Shown one piece after another: positions 47,488-57,156 of a stretch of DNA of 64,000 nucleotides. The notes below the pieces were generated by a model, which saw nothing but the letters and a program-made list of their open reading frames with translations, had not been told where the DNA came from and made no database searches. Position 1 is the stretch's first letter. Each line of letters starts with the position of its first letter. The DNA comes from Dudresnaya verticillata (Eukaryota). The translations under genes were made by a program, and so were the position numbers. Location of the stretch: positions 1,612,001-1,676,000 of the forward strand of contig OZ374561.1 of NCBI GenBank assembly GCA_977862235.1. The letters run 5' to 3'.

Positions 47488-50337
47488 CTAAGAGTTACGT
47501 CGACGCCGCTTCGGAGCAGGGGCAACTGTATCTTCCTCGTTGCTCCCCTGACCCGTTCGTAAGTCGGGTTCCCCAGTCGGATCCGATTGGAATACGTGCT
47601 GCGTATTGTCTCCCAAGACGCGAATCGCACTATCCATGCGCCGACGCTGACGACGGACCACCGAGCGGAGCTGAATTACCTGTTCCATTAGCCCCTCCGC
47701 TAAGGTTAGCGCTTCCTGAACGGATCCTGGCAATGGGAAGCGCTGCGTACGGCAAATGCCTCGCAGCACCTGTAACCCACTTTCCGTAGCGGCTAGATGA
47801 GCCGGAACCGTAACGGGGGGCTCCTCTTCTTCTTGAAACTCCACCTTCAGGGAGATCGACGGCTTGTCCCTAACCCCGGCTTCGAGTGAATGCTCCGTTG
47901 AGGAAACCACCAATACGGATGGTCCCGACTCGGGTGAAGGTACGTCCTTCCGCAGCGGTGGATCCGTGTCCTTATCTGGCGAGGCGATATCGCTTTTCCG
48001 TAACGGTTCACGACTTGGCGCGAGAACCGCGGGCTTGTCTCCAGTTGCCCCAACACTTGGGCGCTTTGCAGCCACTGCCGATACGGTGATCGGTGCCTCA
48101 CTCACCGCTGGTGTGGGAGTGGGCGCCGACAGCGGAGCACTTGGCAGGGGCGGTTCCGCGGCGGCAGGCATTTGCGTCGCAGGAGACAGTGCCGCCGGTA
48201 CAGTATCCGGCGCCACTTCCGAAACGGTCTGCTCCTTTGAGACTCCCTCCTCGGACGGTGCCGCAAGCTTGGGCACCGTCATAGTCGGCGCAACCACGCC
48301 TATGGGCGTTGGGGCCTTATCCAATACGGGAGTAGTAGTCTCACGAGCCATATCACGCGAAGTGGGTGTCGCAGCCACCGGAGGGATTGGAGCGGGTGTC
48401 TTCTCGCTACCCGCTGCCATTGAGGCCACGGGCATGACCTCCTCCTGTTCTTCCAAGAAGGGGTCAGCCTCCTGCTGCCTCACCGAAACGGAATCGCGCG
48501 GGTCGATTGTACGCGAACGCCCCGCTGCCTCCTGACAGCTCCCCCACTCTTCAGCCCCGTCCAAACCGTCACGGTACGCATCCCTTGGTGCTTGGCGAGG
48601 CGCATTGCCCCGATGGGCCTGCACCTCTAAGGGCAACCATTCCGAACGCGGGTCTTCTCGATGAAGGAAATATGGTTCTCCCACTCCGGGCCTAAGCGGG
48701 GGCACCGATAGGACACGGTCCTCATCCCAACTATACCCCAAGAAGCCCGGAGTGCGTTGCCAATCCTGCTCTCCGTGTACGGATAAAAGACTCTCAACCC
48801 GATGGAGCGGGTACGCCGACCCCGTCACCAAATCGGCTACACCGACCTGGCGAATTAGAGCAATCACCATCACGGGAAGTTGAAAGATACGACCACAGTC
48901 CCCTCCGGGTAGGTCAGCATCATCACGCGGGAAGCAGCGCCAGTCGGATAACTTGGTATTGCACCGCACTCCGTAGTAGGCAACTTGGAGCCACGAAAAT
49001 AGCACCAGCATTGCCCACTCCGATCGGAAGATGCGCCAAAGCACATCGAGTTGATCTTGTATAGGGGGACGCTCTCCGTTCGGATGCTCGCGATTCCACT
49101 CCCGCTCCGTGAGCAGGTCCGCAGAGAAGTACGCCACCAAAGAAGGCGTCGGCACGGATAACCAACGAGTTACCTCGTATTTATCCCACCACGACGGGGC
49201 TGTGAGGTAGAGCTCACGTCGCATCCGATACGGAAGGTGGAAGAACTCCTTGGTATTCCACGTGTGCAAGATGGGGGCCCCCACGTGCATTCCGTCTCGG
49301 TAACGCGTCCGCAATCGGTGTTCCGTCGCCGCGTCGTCTTTCCACCCGTCGGCATAGCGGAACCAATACACCGACTGGTCATACGGAGGGTCAAAGCAGA
49401 TAAACTGCACTCCGATCGGTGCACCCCGTAGACGGAATGCCTTGGTCAACAAACGGCTCACCTTCGCGGTGTACCCGACTTCCCCGTGACAACGGTACCA
49501 CAACAAATCCGAAACGGTAGTGGTGCGCTCTTGGCAGTAGCTGTGCACCCATCGGCTTTGCGACACAAACGCCCGCCGGTTCGGTACGAAACCAATTCGC
49601 TGGTTTGCCTTGAAGGGCTGCTCCGAAACGGCTTGGTAGCGTCGCGCTTCCAGAACGGTTGGGTAACCCTCGATGAAGTGTGACACTGTCATCGGTGGTG
49701 TCACCTTCGCCCGTTCCGCATCGGATCTCGCCGGGCGCCCCGCGCGATGGTCAAAGTGGTGCCCCGGCCAATATCCGCTCGGGGCAGGACCCTCACCGCT
49801 ACGGGTACGCTCCATCGGCATCCAAGAGCCGGTCGTTGGCGTCCTGCTCCGCACTGGCACTCGCGACCGTTTCGGAATATTGCCTGACGTATATGGGCTT
49901 GCACCCAGGTTCCGCATCGGGGTTGAGACTGGGGTCGATGGCGTCCGTAACGGGATCGCGGGTAAGTCCGCCAAGTTGAGCTCCTGCCCACCACGTCGGA
50001 TCTCCTCGTCGTCATCCTTGGCCACATCTTCTCCGCGACGGTGTGTCGATACATTCCATGACGGAGTGCTCCTTGTGGCTGAGCCAGCCGCAAAACGATT
50101 CGGATCGTAGACAGACCAGCCGCAGCCCGCCGATAGTGCCTGTGACGGTTCCGCTGCGGTAACATCCACGCGACCACTCGTCGTGCGTGGTGCCACATCC
50201 GCCGAGGCCGAAGCCGGCGCTTGCGTCGAAGCATCCGTAACGGTTCGCGCGCCCTGCGCCCCGGTCGTGGAAGCAGCGCGGGAACGCCGAGTCGGTTGAA
50301 AGGGCGACGGTGAGGGCTTAGTCTTCTCCCCTGTCAT
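47488..50337 (-). CDS. Element B antisense ORF, intact (~949 aa from the conserved Met); unknown, probably nuclear, protein
   Basis: Uninterrupted; ~350-aa Trp-rich core conserved with A and C; P/T/S/A-rich linker, C-terminal helical region and PKRRRR. Confidence 0.85.
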   Translation of the reverse strand: MTGEKTKPSPSPFQPTRRSRAASTTGAQGARTVTDASTQAPASASADVAPRTTSGRVDVTAAEPSQALSAGCGWSVYDPNRFAAGSATRSTPSWNVSTHRRGEDVAKDDDEEIRRGGQELNLADLPAIPLRTPSTPVSTPMRNLGASPYTSGNIPKRSRVPVRSRTPTTGSWMPMERTRSGEGPAPSGYWPGHHFDHRAGRPARSDAERAKVTPPMTVSHFIEGYPTVLEARRYQAVSEQPFKANQRIGFVPNRRAFVSQSRWVHSYCQERTTTVSDLLWYRCHGEVGYTAKVSRLLTKAFRLRGAPIGVQFICFDPPYDQSVYWFRYADGWKDDAATEHRLRTRYRDGMHVGAPILHTWNTKEFFHLPYRMRRELYLTAPSWWDKYEVTRWLSVPTPSLVAYFSADLLTEREWNREHPNGERPPIQDQLDVLWRIFRSEWAMLVLFSWLQVAYYGVRCNTKLSDWRCFPRDDADLPGGDCGRIFQLPVMVIALIRQVGVADLVTGSAYPLHRVESLLSVHGEQDWQRTPGFLGYSWDEDRVLSVPPLRPGVGEPYFLHREDPRSEWLPLEVQAHRGNAPRQAPRDAYRDGLDGAEEWGSCQEAAGRSRTIDPRDSVSVRQQEADPFLEEQEEVMPVASMAAGSEKTPAPIPPVAATPTSRDMARETTTPVLDKAPTPIGVVAPTMTVPKLAAPSEEGVSKEQTVSEVAPDTVPAALSPATQMPAAAEPPLPSAPLSAPTPTPAVSEAPITVSAVAAKRPSVGATGDKPAVLAPSREPLRKSDIASPDKDTDPPLRKDVPSPESGPSVLVVSSTEHSLEAGVRDKPSISLKVEFQEEEEPPVTVPAHLAATESGLQVLRGICRTQRFPLPGSVQEALTLAEGLMEQVIQLRSVVRRQRRRMDSAIRVLGDNTQHVFQSDPTGEPDLRTGQGSNEEDTVAPAPKRRRRNS

Positions 50338-50451
50338 GGTGGGAGAAGCGCGCACGAAGGAGGAGGAAAAGTTGAGCACGATACCGTATCGGTTGTGTGC
50401 GGGTGTGGAAGCAAAGGTCATCCGTGACGGTGGGCGCCCGAAGACGTGGCG

Positions 50452-50470
50452 CCATTTAAGGAGGGAGGTC
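50452..50470 (+). promoter_or_regulatory. Polypurine tract of element B (CCATTTAAGGAGGGAGGTC)
   Basis: Immediately 5' of the 3' LTR. Confidence 0.9.
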
Positions 50471-51145
50471 TGCGGTGAAGTGAGCCGTGGCGCACACGCG
50501 GCACGCCGACGGCGAGCCAACCGTAACGGATGATGTGGCAATACGCCACGCTGATGATCTGGCAACGTGTAACCGTGTCGGATGTCGTGCGCATTGCTGT
50601 ACGCCGGTACGCATTGCTGTACAGCAGTGAAGCGCACCAACCATATCGGAGTATTTGTAGTATTTATTCTTTATTTTTAGTGAGTATCTGTACAGTATGT
50701 AGAGTAGTGCGCCAGCCAATGAGAATGCTGCGCATGTCCGTGTCAGAGATTGGGACCAGCAGGGCCGATTCCACCATGGGCCCAGACCACTAGGGTCTGG
50801 CCCCCACGGACCGGATCGCTGCGTGCCACCCTGACTTGTATATCAGGGCGGCACCGCAGCGGCTCCTACGGTAAACGGGTAAGCAACCTTAGCCCAATCC
50901 TTTACGGTTTTCCCCGCGCCGAGCCCGTTGCGGTCTACCACCACCACCGTTACGGAGTCCGTCCCGGCACTTGTACCACCCCCTTGTCTGTTGCTTCCCA
51001 ATATCCGTCTCGGTTAGCCGCTCGCTGTTCTCCCGTCTCGGTGCGAACTGCTCTACCACCCCGTGGAGGTAGTGTTGCTCTCGTCCGTTAAGGAAAGTCA
51101 GGCCAGCTGTCCGTCTCGGAGTTCGTGGGTTTTCACTACACCACA
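50471..51145 (+). repeat. 3' LTR of element B
   Basis: Matches 39766-40440, except for example TGCGG versus TGTGG at the start. Confidence 0.97.
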
Positions 51146-52481
51146 TCTCCCTTCCGCACAAGAATACGTTGACACCGTGGTCCTTCGTGTTGTTCGCTCC
51201 GCTCTACGATGCTATCACCCGTTTTTCTTTCTCCGTTAGGCTACGAGGTCATTCTTTAGGCTCGGAGGCTTTTACTTACAGTGCGAGACTTCCCCATGTC
51301 ACCGTGGAATTCGCTATACCACATTTTCACGTAGACTACAGAGTCGATTTGTGCCCAGCGTCCATACCACAGCAACCTCTATATTGTTCCGAGTCGATCG
51401 CGCCGAGTGTTTACCGCGCATCCGCATCCCCCTTTCGGGCCATCAGGGCCTGTCCCGTTTTCACTACTCTACCAACCTCTCTCGAGCTACGCCACCCTAG
51501 CGTGTGTCGCCGGACAGCTGTCGCTTTTCTTTTGGTTGTTATTCTAGCTGGCGATATACTGCTATACCTAAAGCCGTTGCTTGAGCGGCCGCTCAACCCG
51601 GGGTCTGTGCTGGTCATATTGGGCTGCTTGAAAGCAGCGTCTATAATAAATGAGAGTTGACATTGACAACTCTGACAACAGCACCTGAGGAATTCTGAAA
51701 ACTTCTATCGCTTCGCAGTGCAAAAACTGCGACAAAAGGAAGAATGCCTCGACCCGCGAGGGCTCCGTTGGCAGAAAGGGTAGCCTCTCTTATAGCGGCG
51801 CTCCTTCCCCCTCATCCCGCCGTTGCGCTCCGTGTATCGCACGGCAGGGTGGCGTGAGATCGACTGCTGCCTCCTCTGCGATCCATCCATCCGAGCTGGA
51901 TGGGCGCCAGCCATGCCGGAGAGCCCCGTCCACACCGCACTTATCGCCAGTGCGCTCACCGGCAGTGTGGCAAAGTCAACTGCCAAGCTCAAGCCGGCAG
52001 CGCATTACGCAAGCCCAATTATCCCAACGCTAGAAAAAAGGTGGGTAATACGTAAACACGCACATTATACGAGAATCTATAAGACCATCTACCCATTACA
52101 GCACGAACAGATCCCTACAGTTTAACGGGTCAACTTTGTTGACGCTGGCTCGAACTGCTGAAAAGTTCAGTTGTTTGCAGAAAAGATCTAGAAAATATTA
52201 AAATCCAGTTGAATCGAACAATCCCACTCTCTCGCCCTTCGCAGCGGCGACTCACCGGCGATATCATTCCAACTCCGCTGCAATCTTCAACAGGTGGGTA
52301 CCCTGTCTCGCAGTGCGCAACGAAAGTCGCTTGCGCTCTTCGACAGCACCCGAGTCGAAAATCCGATATCACAAGAGCACGTCGCTTCCTCCTCTCCGCC
52401 CTTTGTCTCATAGCGCTCAGTTCTCCTTTGCTGACTCCTTCAGGTCAACGCCGACGACGTAGTCGACGGCACAGAGGGGAT

Positions 52482-54869
52482 ATGTGCTTCTCACGTGGTC
52501 CACCGACTAAGGAAGAGGTGATTCGAAACCAAGAAGAAGCACTTGGATGGGCAGTGACTGGCGAACGCCTCGAGATAGATGAGGAGGTGCTCAGCCAAGA
52601 TCTCTTGCAAGAGCTCAGCGAGGACCAACGCGAAGACCTGCAACGGGCGTACAATGTCGAAATAGAGAATGCTGTAAGGTCCCAAGAGAACAATATTATG
52701 GATGTTCCGGGTGCGAGCGGAGATCCTGAAGCTATCAGGATCCTTGGTTGCGTGGTGAGAGATGGGCATGGGCGTTTCGGACCGAACCCTTTTCGCGCAC
52801 TAAGGATGTTTAAACGGGCGGTTGCTGGAGGGAACATTCAAGCCATGGTTGAGCTTGGCGACCTTTGGCAGGAGATTGCGTTGAAAGCTGAAGAAGACAG
52901 AGTTCGTGTGTACCTAAGTTCGAGCGAGGAGCTCTACCAACGCGCTATTGATGAAGGAGGCTCAGTAGATGCAATGGTATGTTTGGGGCGTCTCAGACAG
53001 ACTACTGACGAAGTTGCAGCCGGGGAACTGTACCAGCGTGCCATTGACGAGGGCAGTAACGGAACTGCGATGAAACTTCTCGGACGCCTTGTCGAGAACG
53101 GGTACGGAGGCGAGCGTCCAGATGGTAAGAGGGCTGCTGAGATGTATCGCATGGCGTCTGAAGCCGGATGCGCAGATGCCATTTTCTGTCTGGCAGCACT
53201 CACTGAACGCGGATACGGTGACGTTAAGCCAGACGTAGCAGGAGCCGTCGCTCTTTACGAACGTATAGAGGGTGGAAGAATGACTAGAGCAACGGTGCGT
53301 CTGGGGATGCTAAAGTGCTCGGGGTACGACGGATTTGAAGGAGACAAAGAAGTTGCAGTGAAGATCTTCGATCGTGCTCTGCAAGCAATCCTTCCTGGCG
53401 AAGAAAATCCAGGTTCTGCTGATGCCATGTACGAGCGAGGGTACCTAGCTGAGTTGGGGTTTGCGTACCGGCATGGTAACCAGGAGTGCACTGCCAAGCT
53501 GTACAGAGAGGCTATTGAGCATTGCACGAGCGACTGCTACTCCGGGGTATCGTCTGGCCTGAGAGCTCTACTGAGAAGAGCTTTTGGGAATCACAAATTT
53601 GTTGACGGCTATTGCTCCGATGCCAAGTATTTACCAGTGCTACAAAACGGCCCTACCCCACTGGCTATGTTTGAACTTGCGAAGTGCATTAGTGAGGGGA
53701 GCGCACTGGGTCCGTCTGACCCAGGGAAGGCCGTTGCTATTTTGGAAGAACTTGTCGAGAAATACAACGTCAAAGGTACTTTCAACCAGCTAGGATCCAT
53801 TGTTGAAACAGGATACGATTTTGTGGCTCCGAATGAAGCCAGGGCATTTAGCCTCTACGAGAAGGGAATGATTGAACAGAAGGATTGCCATGCATTGGAA
53901 AACTTTTGCTTGAAGCTTTGGGAGGGATCAAGCTATGCGCCACCGCAACGCACAAGAGCGGTTGAGACCTTCAAACAGTTTATGGAGGAAAATGACATTA
54001 GCCCAGTCGCGAGTACATTGGCGTCTTTCCTGAAGGAGGGTTACGACGATACTGAACCCGATCTGGCCATGGCGAAGGATTTGTTGCAAAAGGCGGTTGA
54101 ATATGGAGACACGTCTTCGCTTCTGGATTTGGCACAGATAATAGAAAAAGGATATGGAAGCGTACGTCCTCGGCCCGGTGAAGCTTCCTTGTTGTACGAA
54201 AAGTGCTGTGAAGAATTGCACGAACCGGTTGCTATGTATAGGCTGGCGATGATACTCCTTGAAGGTTCTGCTGAAGTGCCGGTAGATTCTAAAAGAGCCG
54301 TGAAGCTTCTCCGGGAAGCAATTGGGTTCGGGAACGCGGAAGCCAAATGCAAGCTTGGGTGGATCCTGTTAGAAGGCTATGATGAGGAGGCCCCAGACCC
54401 GGCTGCGGCCAAAGATATTTTCTTGCAAGCCTGGTGGGAACTGAAGGGCAGTCCTGAGGGCTGGGATGCTGCGGTTGGATACGCCATTGTCATGAAGAGA
54501 GGATATCAGGGCCAAAGTCCTCAGCCCAGAACCTCCGCGGACATTCTGGAGAAGATCATAAGAAACCGTAGAGAGCCGAGAGCTTTGTCCGTGCTCGCCG
54601 AACTTATAAATGAGGGGTATGGAGACGTCGCGCCTAACCCCGACGGTGCTGTGGAATTATACCATGAATCGTTTGTCAAGTTGGGGTTTGTTCCGGCATT
54701 TGAGCCACTGTTTCTTCTGGTTGCAAATGGGCATGGCAATGTTGGACCGAACAAATCTGAGGCTATCAAATTGTGTCGCCGAGCTATTGATCTCGGTTGT
54801 GAACAGGCAAGGACGTACATGGCAAACATTGTGAGTGAGGAGAACCAATCTCCGGTTGGACACCAGTAG
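52482..54869 (+). CDS. Sel1-like repeat (SLR) protein, ~795 aa, intronless
   Basis: Many ~36-38-aa repeats of the form A...LG.l.e.GYg....d...A..lY.rA.e.G; first ATG at 52482. Confidence 0.9.
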   Translation: MCFSRGPPTKEEVIRNQEEALGWAVTGERLEIDEEVLSQDLLQELSEDQREDLQRAYNVEIENAVRSQENNIMDVPGASGDPEAIRILGCVVRDGHGRFGPNPFRALRMFKRAVAGGNIQAMVELGDLWQEIALKAEEDRVRVYLSSSEELYQRAIDEGGSVDAMVCLGRLRQTTDEVAAGELYQRAIDEGSNGTAMKLLGRLVENGYGGERPDGKRAAEMYRMASEAGCADAIFCLAALTERGYGDVKPDVAGAVALYERIEGGRMTRATVRLGMLKCSGYDGFEGDKEVAVKIFDRALQAILPGEENPGSADAMYERGYLAELGFAYRHGNQECTAKLYREAIEHCTSDCYSGVSSGLRALLRRAFGNHKFVDGYCSDAKYLPVLQNGPTPLAMFELAKCISEGSALGPSDPGKAVAILEELVEKYNVKGTFNQLGSIVETGYDFVAPNEARAFSLYEKGMIEQKDCHALENFCLKLWEGSSYAPPQRTRAVETFKQFMEENDISPVASTLASFLKEGYDDTEPDLAMAKDLLQKAVEYGDTSSLLDLAQIIEKGYGSVRPRPGEASLLYEKCCEELHEPVAMYRLAMILLEGSAEVPVDSKRAVKLLREAIGFGNAEAKCKLGWILLEGYDEEAPDPAAAKDIFLQAWWELKGSPEGWDAAVGYAIVMKRGYQGQSPQPRTSADILEKIIRNRREPRALSVLAELINEGYGDVAPNPDGAVELYHESFVKLGFVPAFEPLFLLVANGHGNVGPNKSEAIKLCRRAIDLGCEQARTYMANIVSEENQSPVGHQ

Positions 54870-56829
54870 TGAAGAACAAAAGGCGAGGAAAACGGCATGA
54901 TAGTCAGGGAGGAAAAGCGTGGTAGTGAGCGGAGTGTGGAACGGAAATGGTACATGTCTTGTCGTGCGTCAACCTCGATAGTGTCTGAAAAAGAATGGGG
55001 GGATGAAATGGGTCCGAAGGTCTACCAGCACCTTGGCTGGAACATCAGGTCAAAGCTTGGAAGTGGGTCGTGCTATGAAGACATATTCTCTGAAGGTTTC
55101 CGGTTAGCGGTGCTATCATCGGAAAGGCCCAAGGAAATTGGTAGGAAATGCTTTGACAAACGAGGATATTCCTTCTGCGAGGGCAGTTGTGTTTATCATT
55201 TGAGACCGAGCCTGCTTGCGATCGGTGCCCACTTCGTATAGTGCAATGGCTAGTGGGGGATGTCGTATGTGAAGTACATGTAGCAATTAAGCAATTCCAA
55301 CTAGTGACTTTGCCAACTTAAAGCAACCAACTTCTGTAATCACACTGCGAACAACACAAACATAATTCGGCCATTGCCCTGCACAGCACTCAATATTGAA
55401 CCACGCTCTCTTTGAGTACGACCTAGTCCTACGTAGGTTCCCTTGGACTTACCGATTATGATTTTAGAGAACTGAAGATTTCCCGCGCTTCCCGCCCGCC
55501 CTCATTGTTTAACACAGCCTTCATTTTTCTTTGTACACTATTTCGAGATTGGTTCTCACGATGAGAATGTTTTTAAACTAGCCCGTTGTGCAGGATTGGA
55601 ATCGACGGCACTCCTTATACTATATTAGTCAAAGCTCCCTGTATTGCAGTGATGGTATCGAGAGGCTCGTGCTACTGCCAGATACCGCTTTCCTATTGCA
55701 TACTCATTTGTCTGTCGGCATCGTAGTCAGTTCGATTGAATCCGCCTTCAAACTACTCATGTTCTGGTACAACGCAACAACGCCAATAGAACAAGGTACG
55801 GCCGTTACAGTACATATGCATCTTTAGGTATTCCCTATCTGGGTCGGAGATCTGCGTTGGTTGTTCTCATCCAGCGCGCGATTCCTAGGAGCCATTGCAC
55901 TTATCATTGGCGCGTCTTTAGCTCCAGAAGAGGGGCGTTCGCGGTGACCGTAGTTCTACAGGCGGGGGACGATTCCCGAGCCCTACTCGCCAAGTGGGCA
56001 TGGATTTCTTGCATATTTTAGGCATCCCACAGCCTTCGTGAAGGGAATCACAATTTCCCCTCGTCTCCAAGCCGCTGTTACGACCATAGAAGTGTGAACA
56101 TAAACACTGTTGCTATCAGAATGACTGTAACGACACAAGTTGTGCTAAGGTGATTCATGGTTGACACAACTATGCTACGGAGCTTAAGCCTCGCTGTGCC
56201 CCCCACAACTAAGCGCCACAGCTTAGGGCTCGCTATCTTTCTTTTTTTTAAATTACCTTAGCAGCTGACAGCAGTGACCTGGCAAGTCTTCGCAGCGACC
56301 AGGCGCTGCCAGAAAAAATGAAGATGAACCACGAGTAGAGTGCATTCTTCACACAAAGAACTGGAAACGTCACTTGTACGAATGGCAAGAGTTGATTCCG
56401 AAAGAAAATTGTAAAAGCTGGGAAGTGCAAAGCTCTGGAACAGTGCTAGAAATGGAAACAAAACGATTCGCAATCGACAGGTCACTGAGACGTACATAGT
56501 TTGGTACGAGATCAGGTCATTGGGATGATGGTATTAAGGTGAGAAAGTGAACAGGTAATTTGAGTTTGAAAGAATCTAGAGTAGAGCTTTCAGAAGAGCA
56601 ACTCAATTTTACAAAGATGGTGTGAACTAGAAATAACAGAATCTAAATGAATGAAACTAGAACAGTAACAGCTCCTCAGCAGCAGTACCAATCACCTCAT
56701 GTTCACTCTTGCCTGAAGTGTTAATGAACGTCATGGCCCGTAAGAGAAAGATCGATACCCCAAAAGCCTAGGATGAGGCTTTTCTGCTGATGCTTGTCAC
56801 TAGCGTACCTACGTGCCTATCAGTGCTGA

Positions 56830-57156
56830 TCAAGGACCCAAAAGAACGCACTCCAGGACCAGATGAGACCTACCCGCATGTCGACAAGAGTTGACACAAT
56901 AGTCACATTGAGCCGCAATCTGCCGATTGACACACAACCAGTGTTGGAAAACGCAGGGGTGACGGCAAATGCCACATCCTTGTTTTGCAGCTGCCGTAAT
57001 CAAGTCTAAGGCATCTGGATGTGACACTGGCTGCTTTCGGCTGCTTGAATCTGAAGTCACTAAGCCCTTCGAAATGGTCTTCGTGGCAGGAGAAGCAGTT
57101 CCAAACACTGCCAGCTGTAGAACAATGAGAAGAGCCAAGGTCTTGAAGGCGAACAT
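56830..57156 (-). CDS. Small secreted cysteine-rich protein (108 aa, 8 Cys)
   Basis: Signal-peptide-like MFAFKTLALLIVLQLAVFGTA-SP; C-terminal CxxCxxxC..C..CxxCxxxC..C; TATATAAA about 130 bp upstream on the minus strand. Confidence 0.7.
   Translation of the reverse strand: MFAFKTLALLIVLQLAVFGTASPATKTISKGLVTSDSSSRKQPVSHPDALDLITAAAKQGCGICRHPCVFQHWLCVNRQIAAQCDYCVNSCRHAGRSHLVLECVLLGP

Larger units (their letters stand above)
39766..51145 (+). mobile_element. Element B: full-length Ty3/Gypsy chromodomain LTR retrotransposon (~11.4 kb), sister family of A
   Basis: 675-bp LTRs (3 substitutions seen); TSD TCTCC (39761-39765, 51146-51150); PBS, PPT, gag, pol and antisense ORF present. Confidence 0.97.

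Noticed and set aside
47488..50337. Antisense ORF as an env gene
   Set aside because: It is antisense, has no signal peptide or clear C-terminal transmembrane anchor, and ends in an NLS-like motif.
50338..50640. N-terminal 101 aa of the 1050-aa track ORF (and 26454-26594 in A)
   Set aside because: The B extension runs through the LTR and PPT, and the two upstream extensions use different frames. Homology starts at the Met before SPFQPTRR.
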